In this document: positions 55,128-64,000 of the stretch, piece by piece
How positions within the stretch are numbered: the first letter of the stretch is position 1
Layout: each line of letters opens with the position of its first letter
Assembly: GCA_016187225.1 (NCBI GenBank)
Contig: JACPKC010000010.1
Span: forward strand, 156,590 to 220,589
Direction: 5' to 3'
DNA from: Candidatus Berkelbacteria bacterium
GTDB lineage: Bacteria > Patescibacteriota > UBA1384 > JACPKC01
Length of the DNA stretch: 64,000 nt
Notes under the pieces: model-generated
Seen by the model: the letters and a program-made list of their open reading frames with translations, nothing else
What the model was told of the DNA's origin: nothing
Databases searched by the model: none
Position numbers and translations under genes: made by a program

Positions 55128-56704
55128 GCGCCAAAGAAAAACCAAAAGCTATTTTAATTATTCTCGATGGCTTTGGCCTTTCGCCCATTACCAAAGGCAA
55201 CGCAATTTACCAAGCTAAAACACCAAATCTCAATCGAATTTTAGCAAGTTATCCATATACGGCTTTACGCGCTCATGGCACCGAAGTTGGTTTGCGATGG
55301 GCGGAGATGGGCAATTCTGAAGTCGGTCACTTAAATATTGGCGCCGGTAGAGTCGTTGAGCAGGATGTAACGAAAATTTTTCATTCAATTGACGACCGTA
55401 AATTTTTTGATAATCGTCCGTTACGCGAGGCATGTAGTCAGGCTAAAAAATCCAAATCAACTTTGCATCTGATTGGTTTAGCTTCAGCCGGCGGCGTGCA
55501 TGGGCATATTGATCATCTTAAGGCGCTCCTGGAATTGGCTCATTCATACAGAATCGAGCATGTTGCTTTGCACCTTATCGCTGATGGCCGTGACGCAGAG
55601 TCAAAGTCGTTGGCAAAATATCTTCCTGGCATTGAAGAAACTCGCGCGCGTTTTGGTGGCGAATACGCAACTCTCATTGGTCGCTACTATGCAATGGATC
55701 GCGATCGACGCTGGGAACGAACGCAAGCCGCTTATCAAGCAATGGTGAGCGGCGAAGGGCAAAAGGCGGCAACGCTCGAAGAGGCATTAGAGTTGGCCTA
55801 TGCTCGCAAAGAAACGGATGAGTTCATTCGGCCGACTGTTATTAATCCTGCAAAAAAGGAGTTGCGAATTCAAAATGGCGACGTCGTAATTTTTGCCAAC
55901 TATCGGCCGGATCGCGCACGTCAACTTGCCGCCGCCTTTCGAGGGGCGGATTTTGATGGATTTGTCCGTAAGGAACGGAATATTCATTTTGTGACATTCA
56001 CAGATTATGGAATTGAGCTTAAGCACTCCGTGGTCGCTTTTTTGCCTGAACCAGTGCCACGTCAACTCGCGAGTATTTTGGCTTCGGCTCACTTGAGACA
56101 GTTGCATATTGGGGAAACCGAAAAGTATGCTCACGTTACTTATTTTTTCAATGGCGGCGTGGAGAAACCTTTTGACGGAGAAAAACGTATCCTTATCAAT
56201 TCGCCCAAGGTTGGCACTTACGATGAGGCGCCTGAAATGTCGGCTCGCGAAATTACCGATTCATTACTCACTGCTTGGTCGCGTGACAGTTTTGATGTTG
56301 CAATCGTTAACTATGCAAATCCTGATATGGTCGGTCATACCGGAGATCTGGCGGCAACGGTGAAAGCGTTAGAATTTTTGGATCAGTGTTTGGGCAAGAT
56401 CTTTGAGTTGGCCGAAAGTCAAGGCGATTGCATCCTAATTACCAGCGACCATGGCAATGCCGAACAGCTTCTGAATCCTATGACTGGAGATGTTGACAAA
56501 GAACATACCGTTAATCCTGTGCCTCTGATCCTAGTTGCTCCCACCGTCAAGCATCGCCCGAAAGGCGGAGATGTGAAACTTGAGCTTCTTTCGCAATCAC
56601 CGGTGGGTATTTTGGCTGATGTAGCGCCAACCTTACTCGCACTTCTTGATATCAAACGACCAGCAGAAATGACTGGAGAGAATCTCCTGCATGAACTGCG
56701 TTAA
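55124..56704 (+). CDS. gpmI: 2,3-bisphosphoglycerate-independent phosphoglycerate mutase (copy 1)
   Basis: ILDG, MGNSEVGH, DGRD, GRYYAMDRD, ETEKYAHVT, NPDMVGH, SDHGN. Confidence 0.95.
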   Translation: MSAKEKPKAILIILDGFGLSPITKGNAIYQAKTPNLNRILASYPYTALRAHGTEVGLRWAEMGNSEVGHLNIGAGRVVEQDVTKIFHSIDDRKFFDNRPLREACSQAKKSKSTLHLIGLASAGGVHGHIDHLKALLELAHSYRIEHVALHLIADGRDAESKSLAKYLPGIEETRARFGGEYATLIGRYYAMDRDRRWERTQAAYQAMVSGEGQKAATLEEALELAYARKETDEFIRPTVINPAKKELRIQNGDVVIFANYRPDRARQLAAAFRGADFDGFVRKERNIHFVTFTDYGIELKHSVVAFLPEPVPRQLASILASAHLRQLHIGETEKYAHVTYFFNGGVEKPFDGEKRILINSPKVGTYDEAPEMSAREITDSLLTAWSRDSFDVAIVNYANPDMVGHTGDLAATVKALEFLDQCLGKIFELAESQGDCILITSDHGNAEQLLNPMTGDVDKEHTVNPVPLILVAPTVKHRPKGGDVKLELLSQSPVGILADVAPTLLALLDIKRPAEMTGENLLHELR

Positions 56705-56716
56705 AAGGAATGACGG

Positions 56717-58357
56717 ATGGGAACCCAGTCAATTACCGACGTAAAAATTCATCCTAGGCCGATCGTTCTATTAATTTTGGATGGTTGGGGACTTTCGCCC
56801 TCATGGGGTGGAAACGCAATTGCCCTCAATGATCCGCCAACTTTTAATTATTTGTGGAAGTATTATCCACATACTGTTTTGCAAGCCTTTAAGGTGATTG
56901 CGGGGCCTTCTGGGATTGTTGGCTCATCCGAGATTGGCCATGCTTCAATTGGTTCCGGGCGAGTCGTTCAACAAGATTTGACCGAAATTAGTCTTGCGAT
57001 TGAGAGCGGTGTTTTCTATAAAAATCAGGTCTTGAAAGATGCGTTTGCCACCGCTAAAGAAAAAAAGAAGCGTGTGCATCTAATCGGCTTACTTTCCGAA
57101 GGTGGCATTCATGGTTCGCTGAAACACGCGCTTGCTTTGGTTGAATTTGCTAAGCGGGAAGGCGTAAAGGATTTATGGCTACATCCATTTACCGATGGCG
57201 AGGATTCTGATACTCATTCAGCCCAAGAAAATTTGCATGCCCTGCAAGCGACTCTCGGCAGAATTGGAGTGGGTAGGATTGGTACAATCAGCGGTCGATT
57301 TTATGGGCTGGATCGAGATGGGTATTGGGATCGGACAGCGCGAGTTTATGAGGCGTTGGTGTATGGTCGTGGTGAGCAGGCATCAACACCTGCGCAAGTC
57401 GTCAGTCGAGCTTATCAAGCAGGCTTGGACGATGAACACATCCCGCCAACGGTGATACAAGCTCAAAGCGAAATTAGCGCGAGTCGCATTCAACCCGGTG
57501 ATGTAGTGATTCATTGGAATTTTCGCGCTGATCGAGCGCGGCAATTAGTTCGCGCTTTTCTTGATCGCAAGGTTTTTCGGCCATATTTCATTCATCGGCG
57601 CTACCCTTTAGCGGGAGTATCCGTAGTGTCGTTTACTGATTACCATCTTGATCTTCCAAATCTAACGATTGCATTTCCATCGGCAGTGATTTCAAATACT
57701 TTAAGCGAACTTTTGGCGACGCATAAATTGACTCAACTCCATGTGGCCGAGAGTGAAAAATACGCTCACGTCACCTATTTTTTCAACGGTGGTCTCGAGG
57801 AGCCGCATCTAGGTGAGGACCGGATCATTGTGCCCTCTCCTCGAGCTCAAGCATACGACACTGTGCCGGCGATGAGTGCGGGGGCGATCACGCGCATTCT
57901 AGAAAGATCAATTCGTCGGAAATCTCATGATTTCATTGTTGCGAATTTTGCCAATGTAGACATCGTCGCTCATACCGGCAATCTTGCCGCGACTGGCAAA
58001 GCGGTTCTGGTTGTTGATGAGGCACTGCGCCGAATTGCCAATGCCGTCATTGATGTGGGCGGCGCTCTATTCATTACAGCAGATCACGGGAATGCCGAAT
58101 CGGTTGCTCGACTCAAATTAGAGCAAGACAGTCGCGAGACGCTCCATACCTTGAATCCAGTTCCATTTATGTATATAGCCCGTGAAGTTAAAAAAGTCGA
58201 GCAACTTACTCACGCTTTACTCGGCAAAAGTTTGGTTGGTCAGATGCTAACTCTTGAGCGAACCTTGGCTGATGTGGCGCCAACGATTCTAGATGTGATG
58301 GGAATACCGGCGCCAAACGACATGACTGGCGCATCGCTCGTGAAAGAATTTGATTAA
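56717..58357 (+). CDS. gpmI: iPGM paralogue (copy 2, divergent)
   Basis: ILDGWG, VGSSEIGH, DGED, GRFYGLDRD, ESEKYAHVT, NVDIVAH, ADHGN. Confidence 0.88.
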   Translation: MGTQSITDVKIHPRPIVLLILDGWGLSPSWGGNAIALNDPPTFNYLWKYYPHTVLQAFKVIAGPSGIVGSSEIGHASIGSGRVVQQDLTEISLAIESGVFYKNQVLKDAFATAKEKKKRVHLIGLLSEGGIHGSLKHALALVEFAKREGVKDLWLHPFTDGEDSDTHSAQENLHALQATLGRIGVGRIGTISGRFYGLDRDGYWDRTARVYEALVYGRGEQASTPAQVVSRAYQAGLDDEHIPPTVIQAQSEISASRIQPGDVVIHWNFRADRARQLVRAFLDRKVFRPYFIHRRYPLAGVSVVSFTDYHLDLPNLTIAFPSAVISNTLSELLATHKLTQLHVAESEKYAHVTYFFNGGLEEPHLGEDRIIVPSPRAQAYDTVPAMSAGAITRILERSIRRKSHDFIVANFANVDIVAHTGNLAATGKAVLVVDEALRRIANAVIDVGGALFITADHGNAESVARLKLEQDSRETLHTLNPVPFMYIAREVKKVEQLTHALLGKSLVGQMLTLERTLADVAPTILDVMGIPAPNDMTGASLVKEFD

Positions 58358-58359
58358 CT

Positions 58360-59742
58360 ATGAGCTCAATGCTTAGACAAAAACGAGCGATTGAAATTGT
58401 CAATAAATTACGCTTGCAAGGTTTTGTCGGTTATTTTGTTGGTGGGAGTGTGCGCGATCTCCTCTTGAAGCGCACACCCAAAGACTATGACTTGGTGACC
58501 GATGCAACACCAGACGAAGTGGCAAAGATTTTTCCCAAACACCACGCGATTGGCAGAAAGTTCGGTGTGTTGACAGCCATATTCCCTGAAGGTACATATG
58601 AGATCGCGACTTTCCGCGCGGAAAAAACATATGAAGACAAGCGCCGTCCTAAAGAAGTTTTTTGGACCCACGCTCGCGAAGATATCTCGAGGCGCGACTT
58701 CACAGTGAACGGTCTTTTGTATGATCCGATCGCAAACAAAGTAGTGGACTACGTTCATGGCCAGCGCGATCTTGAGTTACGAGTGATTCGTTTTATCGGA
58801 CACGCAAAAAAACGCATTCAAGAAGATCCAGTTAGGATTCTTCGAGCAGTGCGGCTAAAAAATAAACTTCGATTCCAATATGATCCAACTACCTACCGAG
58901 CGCTGACCGCCTTGAGCGCGGAGCTAAAACATGTCTCACTGGAACGTGTTCGCGATGAATTGAACCTGATGTTGAGTCAGGCGTCACGTCTCACGGCGCT
59001 TCAGGATTTAGATCGAATCGGCGCCCTGAAAATACTTTTGCCGGAGATTGACGCCTTAAAAGGTGTTCCCCAACCCATTGATTATCATCAGGAAGGCGAT
59101 GTCTACGACCATACTCTTCGAGCGCTTGCAAGTCTTGAGACTTATAGCCCAAGTTTTTTAATTTGGGCAGTGCTCTTGCATGATAGTGGCAAACCAACCA
59201 CCCTCTCTTACAAACAAGTTCATGGCAAACCGACCATTACAACCAACCACCATGCCGAAGTTTCGGCTGAAATTGCAGAACAAGTTTTACGCCGTCTGCA
59301 TTTTTCTGCAAGTGAAACGGACACAATCGCATGGATGATTCGTCACCATATGAGTCTCAAAGATATCGAGCAGATGCGTCCGGTGCGTCAGGAGGCTTAT
59401 GTTTTAGACCCGCGCTTCCCATGGTTATTGGAACTGCACAAGGCTGATGCCTTGGGCGCCAAGCCAATCGATCTCTCGCTTTATGCACGCGACTTAAAAC
59501 TTTATGAAGGAATGAAGCAACGTCGCCTCGCCGCCATTAAACTCTCCCCTACTCCGCTCCTAAACGGGCATATTCTACAATCAGAGCTTGCGTTAATGCC
59601 TGGCCCGATGCTTGGTGAGCTTCTTGAAGAAGTGCGCAACGCACAACTTCAAGGCTTAATCCGTACTCCGAATGAGGCGATCGAATATGCGCGCGCTCTC
59701 ATAAAAACCAATTCCACAATTTCTTCTAGGCAGAAAAATTAA
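58360..59742 (+). CDS. cca: CCA tRNA nucleotidyltransferase (class II, with HD domain)
   Basis: VGGSVRD.LL...PKDYD, RRDFTVN, EDP.R.LRA.R, LLHDSGK. Confidence 0.88.
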   Translation: MSSMLRQKRAIEIVNKLRLQGFVGYFVGGSVRDLLLKRTPKDYDLVTDATPDEVAKIFPKHHAIGRKFGVLTAIFPEGTYEIATFRAEKTYEDKRRPKEVFWTHAREDISRRDFTVNGLLYDPIANKVVDYVHGQRDLELRVIRFIGHAKKRIQEDPVRILRAVRLKNKLRFQYDPTTYRALTALSAELKHVSLERVRDELNLMLSQASRLTALQDLDRIGALKILLPEIDALKGVPQPIDYHQEGDVYDHTLRALASLETYSPSFLIWAVLLHDSGKPTTLSYKQVHGKPTITTNHHAEVSAEIAEQVLRRLHFSASETDTIAWMIRHHMSLKDIEQMRPVRQEAYVLDPRFPWLLELHKADALGAKPIDLSLYARDLKLYEGMKQRRLAAIKLSPTPLLNGHILQSELALMPGPMLGELLEEVRNAQLQGLIRTPNEAIEYARALIKTNSTISSRQKN

Positions 59743-59766
59743 GTGTAGGTATACTGTTTACTAACT

Positions 59767-62460
59767 ATGGATCTGAATAAATTTACGGTTAAAACCCAAG
59801 AAGCCTTGTTTCAGGCGCAAAACGTCGCTCTTGAACGTCAACAACAACAGGTTGATGTTGCGCATGTAATGTTAGCGTTAATCGAGCAAACAGATGGCAT
59901 TGTCCGCCCGTTACTCCAAAAAATTAACGTAAGTGAGCAACTTTTGCGCTCGCGGATTAATCAATTGATTGAACTTATGCCGCGCACAATTTCGCCTTCA
60001 GGTCAGTTTGGTCAGGTATATATTGCCGAATCTTTGCGCCGAGTTTTGGTTCAAGCCGGGAAAGAAGCCGAACAGCTCAAGGATGAGTTTATTAGCACTG
60101 AACACGTGCTTTTAGCAATTCTTGAAATCAACACTCCAGTTAAGCAGGTTTTGAACGCATTGGGCGTTCATCGTGAGGAAGCGCTTAAGGCGCTTATGGA
60201 TGTGCGCGGCAGTCAGCGCGTGACCGACCAAACACCTGAAAACAAATATCAAGTTCTTGAAAAATATACGATTGATCTAACGGCCGAGGCTCGCAACGGT
60301 AAACTCGACCCTGTTGTTGGGCGCGATGAAGAGATTCGGCGTGTTATGCAAGTTTTGTCGCGCCGCACTAAAAATAATCCTGTTCTCATCGGCGAACCGG
60401 GAGTTGGCAAGACCGCAGTTGTCGAAGGTCTAGCCCAACGAATTGTCGCCGGCGATGTCCCGGAATCGATCGCTAATAAACGTCTACTTTCACTCGATCT
60501 GGGCTCCATTATTGCCGGAACAAAATTTCGAGGTGAATTTGAAGATCGTCTCAAGGCGTTGCTTAAAGAGATTGATCAGTCGGCAGGCCAAATTATTCTC
60601 TTTATCGATGAACTGCACACTTTAGTTGGCGCGGGGGCAACAGATGGGGCGATGGATGCGGCCAATCTCCTTAAACCCGCGCTTGCTCGCGGCAAATTGC
60701 ATGCGATTGGCGCCACGACACTTAAAGAATACCAACAACATATTGAAAAGGATGCGGCGCTTGAACGGCGCTTTCAGCCAGTGATGGTGAAAGAGCCAAC
60801 GATTGAAGACACGATCGCAATTTTACGGGGAATTAAAGAAAAGTATGAAGTTCATCATGGCGTGAAGATCACCGACTCTGCCATTGTCGCGGCGGCTAAT
60901 CTTTCCACGCGCTATATCACTGATCGTTTTTTGCCCGATAAGGCAATCGATTTAATTGATGAAGCAACTTCTTCGCTTCGGATGGAAATCGATTCTATGC
61001 CGGTTGAGCTGGATTCACTGAAACGCAAGATTATTCAGTTAGAAATCGAGCGTGAAGCCTTAAAGCGGGAGACGGATAAAGAAAGCAAGGATCGTCTTAA
61101 AGAACTAATGGAAGAACTAGCAGGTTTACGTGAAGATGCTGAACAGCTTGAATTGCGCTGGAAGAATGAAAAAGAGATTATCACCAAGCTTCGTGATCTT
61201 TCGATGAAGCTGGATCAAGCGCGTGTCGATGCCGAGCAGGCCGAGCGTCAGGGCGAACTTGAAAAAGTCGCTATGATTCGATATCAGCGTGTGCCTGAAT
61301 TGCAAAGAGAGCGCAAAACTTTAACTAAGCAATTAAGTGAAGTCCAAAAGGACAGTAAGATTTTGAAAGAAGAAGTGACTGAAGAGGATATTGCGCAAGT
61401 GGTTGCGCATTGGACAGGCATTCCGGTAACCAAAATGCTTGAAAGCGAGGCGAAAAAACTTGCCCACATGGAGACCGAGATTAAAGCTCGAATTGTCGGC
61501 CAAGAAAACGCTATCACAGCTGTTGCAAACGCAATTCGTCGATCTCGGGCAGGCATCTCTGAAGAGTCGCGCCCAATCGGATCCTTTATGTTCTTAGGCC
61601 CAACAGGCGTGGGCAAAACCGAACTGGCGCGCGCCTTGGCTGAATTTATGTTTAATGATTCAAGTGCGATGATTCGGATCGATATGAGTGAGTATATGGA
61701 AAAACATGCGTCGAGCAAGTTGATTGGCGCTCCGCCTGGTTATGTCGGTTACGAGGAAGCCGGCCAACTCACTGAACAAATTCGTCGGCGCCCCTACTCC
61801 GTTGTGCTTTTTGATGAAATTGAAAAAGCTCACCCAGAAATTTTCAATATGCTTTTGCAAGTTCTCGACGACGGTCGCCTAACTGATTCTAAGGGTCGAG
61901 TTGTGAATTTCAAAAATGCCATCATCATTTTAACAAGTAATTTAGGTAGTCAGATTATCCAGGATTACACCGCTCAACGTCAAAGTCACGCTATTGGTTA
62001 TCATGTCGCCGAGCAAGCCACTGATGAAAAACAGGAAATGAAAGATAAAGTTCTCGAAGAAGTACAGCGCTTCTTTAAGCCAGAATTTTTGAATCGCTTG
62101 GATGAGATTCTAATTTTTGATGCTCTTTCCGAAAAACAAATTCGCCAGATCATTGATCTTCAGTTGGCCCATGTTATTGAGAGAGTAGCGAAACAGCGTG
62201 GTCTAAAACTCACGATCAACACAGAAGTTAAACAAGAACTTGCCCGACGTGGGTACGACCCTGTTTATGGCGCTCGTCCGCTCAAACGTGTCATTCAACA
62301 TGAAATTTTAGATCCCCTAGCCTTGATGGTCCTCGAGCATCAATTTCCCGAAGATACAAATCTTGATGTTGTGATTAAAGATGGTAAGATAACTATTCTT
62401 CCTCAACTTGAACAAATGCCTCCCAAAGAAATTAGTTCAGCGAAAACCGTTCCTGTATAA
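59767..62460 (+). CDS. clpB: Chaperone ClpB
   Basis: Clp-N domain, two AAA modules, long coiled-coil M-domain (DSMPVELD...WKNEK...IRY), GARPLKR. Confidence 0.93.
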   Translation: MDLNKFTVKTQEALFQAQNVALERQQQQVDVAHVMLALIEQTDGIVRPLLQKINVSEQLLRSRINQLIELMPRTISPSGQFGQVYIAESLRRVLVQAGKEAEQLKDEFISTEHVLLAILEINTPVKQVLNALGVHREEALKALMDVRGSQRVTDQTPENKYQVLEKYTIDLTAEARNGKLDPVVGRDEEIRRVMQVLSRRTKNNPVLIGEPGVGKTAVVEGLAQRIVAGDVPESIANKRLLSLDLGSIIAGTKFRGEFEDRLKALLKEIDQSAGQIILFIDELHTLVGAGATDGAMDAANLLKPALARGKLHAIGATTLKEYQQHIEKDAALERRFQPVMVKEPTIEDTIAILRGIKEKYEVHHGVKITDSAIVAAANLSTRYITDRFLPDKAIDLIDEATSSLRMEIDSMPVELDSLKRKIIQLEIEREALKRETDKESKDRLKELMEELAGLREDAEQLELRWKNEKEIITKLRDLSMKLDQARVDAEQAERQGELEKVAMIRYQRVPELQRERKTLTKQLSEVQKDSKILKEEVTEEDIAQVVAHWTGIPVTKMLESEAKKLAHMETEIKARIVGQENAITAVANAIRRSRAGISEESRPIGSFMFLGPTGVGKTELARALAEFMFNDSSAMIRIDMSEYMEKHASSKLIGAPPGYVGYEEAGQLTEQIRRRPYSVVLFDEIEKAHPEIFNMLLQVLDDGRLTDSKGRVVNFKNAIIILTSNLGSQIIQDYTAQRQSHAIGYHVAEQATDEKQEMKDKVLEEVQRFFKPEFLNRLDEILIFDALSEKQIRQIIDLQLAHVIERVAKQRGLKLTINTEVKQELARRGYDPVYGARPLKRVIQHEILDPLALMVLEHQFPEDTNLDVVIKDGKITILPQLEQMPPKEISSAKTVPV

Positions 62461-62461
62461 G

Positions 62462-64000
62462 ATGCGCTACGATCACAAAGTAATTGAGCAAAAATGGCAA
62501 AAGCACTGGGCGTCTCGGGACGCCTATCGTACGCCAGTAAAACCTCAAAAAAAGTTCTATTGCTTGGATATGTTTCCCTATCCTTCAGGCGTTGGCTTAC
62601 ATGTTGGTCATCCGCGTGGTTATGTTGCGACCGATGTCGTCAGTCGTTTTAAGCGTGCGCAGGGTTTTGACGTGCTCCATCCAATGGGTTGGGATTCTTT
62701 CGGCTTGCCAGCTGAAAATTATGCAATTAAAACTGGCATTCATCCTGCAACTACAACCGAGCAGTCAATTCGGAGATTTAAGTGGCAACTGCAATCGATG
62801 GGTTTGAGTTACGACTGGGAGCGTGAGATTACTACATCAAATCCTGATTATTATCGTTGGACCCAGTGGCTATTTCTAAAACTTTACGAGCATGGCCTTG
62901 CCTACCAAAAGAAAGCACCTGTTAACTGGTGCCCTTCGTGTAAGACAGTGCTCGCAAATGAACAAGTGACGCAAGGTAAGTGTGAGCGTTGCGGGACAAT
63001 GGTGATTCAGCGCCATCTTAAGCAATGGTTTTTCAAGATTACAGAATATGCTGAAGAACTGTTAGCTTCGCTTGATAACCTTGATTGGCCGGAACCGATT
63101 AAGGTTATGCAAAGGAACTGGATCGGCAAGAGCGTTGGCGCCACGATTCAATTTGCAGTTAAAGAGCATGGATTCACGGTCGATGTCTTCACTACACGGC
63201 CGGAGACTCTGTACGGTGTCACTTACCTTGTCTTGGCGCCAGAGCACTCACTCGTAAAAAACTTAATAACAAAAAATCAACGAACGTTAGTTGAATGTTA
63301 CCAGCAAGAAATTAAAACACATTCCGAACGCGATCGTCAGATGAATGCTAAAACGGGAGTTTTTACCGGTGCGTTTGCGCTTCATCCTCTTACTCAAGTC
63401 AAGCTCCCGATTTGGATCGCAGACTATGTTCTGCCGCATTACGGGAGTGGTGCAGTGATGGCTGTGCCTGCCCACGATAAACGTGATTGGGAATTTGCTC
63501 AAAAATATCGTTTGCCAATAAAGTTTGTCGTCGAGACTAGCAACGAACGTGAAGTGTATACAGAGCCTGGAAAATTAATAAATTCGCCGCTCTGGAAAGG
63601 CCTCCATTCAGAGCGTGATTTTAAACAAATTATTCAAACTCTTGAGGAGCAAAAAATTGGTTTGAGCGATACACGTTTTCGGCTTCGTGACTGGCTAGTC
63701 TCGCGTCAACGTTATTGGGGCACGCCAATCCCAATCATTTATTGCGGCGCTTGCGGAGTTTGTCCGGTGCCAGAAGCAGATTTAGTCGTCGGACTGCCAC
63801 ATGACGTTGATTTTAAGCCGACGGGCGAATCTCCACTTACGCGTTCGAAGGAGTTTCAAAGCGTGCGTTGCCCAAAGTGTCAAGGCAAAGCGCGGAGAGA
63901 AACTGATACCCTAGACACATTTGTTGATTCGAGCTGGTACTTTTTGCGTTTTGTCAATCCGCGTCTTGCAGAGGCGGCCTTTCGGAAATCTGAAATTTTG
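62462..64000 (+). CDS. leuS: Leucine--tRNA ligase, runs off the window end
   Basis: Manual translation MRYDHKVIEQKWQ...LDMFPYPSG.GLHVGH (HIGH motif)...FTTRPET...RDWLVSRQRYWG...RETDTLDTFVDSSWY. Confidence 0.95.
   Translation, partial: MRYDHKVIEQKWQKHWASRDAYRTPVKPQKKFYCLDMFPYPSGVGLHVGHPRGYVATDVVSRFKRAQGFDVLHPMGWDSFGLPAENYAIKTGIHPATTTEQSIRRFKWQLQSMGLSYDWEREITTSNPDYYRWTQWLFLKLYEHGLAYQKKAPVNWCPSCKTVLANEQVTQGKCERCGTMVIQRHLKQWFFKITEYAEELLASLDNLDWPEPIKVMQRNWIGKSVGATIQFAVKEHGFTVDVFTTRPETLYGVTYLVLAPEHSLVKNLITKNQRTLVECYQQEIKTHSERDRQMNAKTGVFTGAFALHPLTQVKLPIWIADYVLPHYGSGAVMAVPAHDKRDWEFAQKYRLPIKFVVETSNEREVYTEPGKLINSPLWKGLHSERDFKQIIQTLEEQKIGLSDTRFRLRDWLVSRQRYWGTPIPIIYCGACGVCPVPEADLVVGLPHDVDFKPTGESPLTRSKEFQSVRCPKCQGKARRETDTLDTFVDSSWYFLRFVNPRLAEAAFRKSEIL

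Noticed and set aside
62592-63502. Short ORFs listed in the last 1.5 kb
   Set aside because: Out-of-frame or antisense fragments inside leuS (62462 to the window end).

Overview
A gene-dense 64 kb chromosomal segment, translated with the standard bacterial code. It is most likely from a Patescibacteria/CPR-type monoderm bacterium. This is an inference from the gene set: sortases, class II RNR, short HD-SYNTH-TGS Rel, bifunctional PGI/PMI, tandem gpmI, and a direct-repeat LexA-type box. Housekeeping genes: nrdJ (partial)-nrdR, ftsZ/ftsA, ybeY-yqeY-rpsU-hit, pyrF, lexA-dinB, hisS-rel-clpC-nusA, a complete suf operon, xseAB, mreB-murA, a glycolysis cluster, cca, clpB, leuS (partial), tRNA-Leu(CAA) and tRNA-Ala(CGC). 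Main points of interest: (1) a locus at 43.7-50.6 kb with two sortases flanking three secreted proteins that share nine copies of one Asn/Asp/Thr-rich beta-repeat, plus a subtilase, a candidate undescribed surface-fibre system; (2) a TasA-SipW-DNRLRE operon; (3) an unannotated ~80-nt RNA with its own promoter and terminator that displays an anti-Shine-Dalgarno loop; (4) a nonsense-interrupted gene whose 3' end resembles a diversity-generating retroelement (DGR) variable repeat, with no RT or template repeat in the window; (5) a ClpB with a ClpP-docking-like loop; (6) many apparently leaderless genes. I saw no CRISPR array, rRNA, transposase or integrase. All assignments come from reading motifs by eye, not from database searches.
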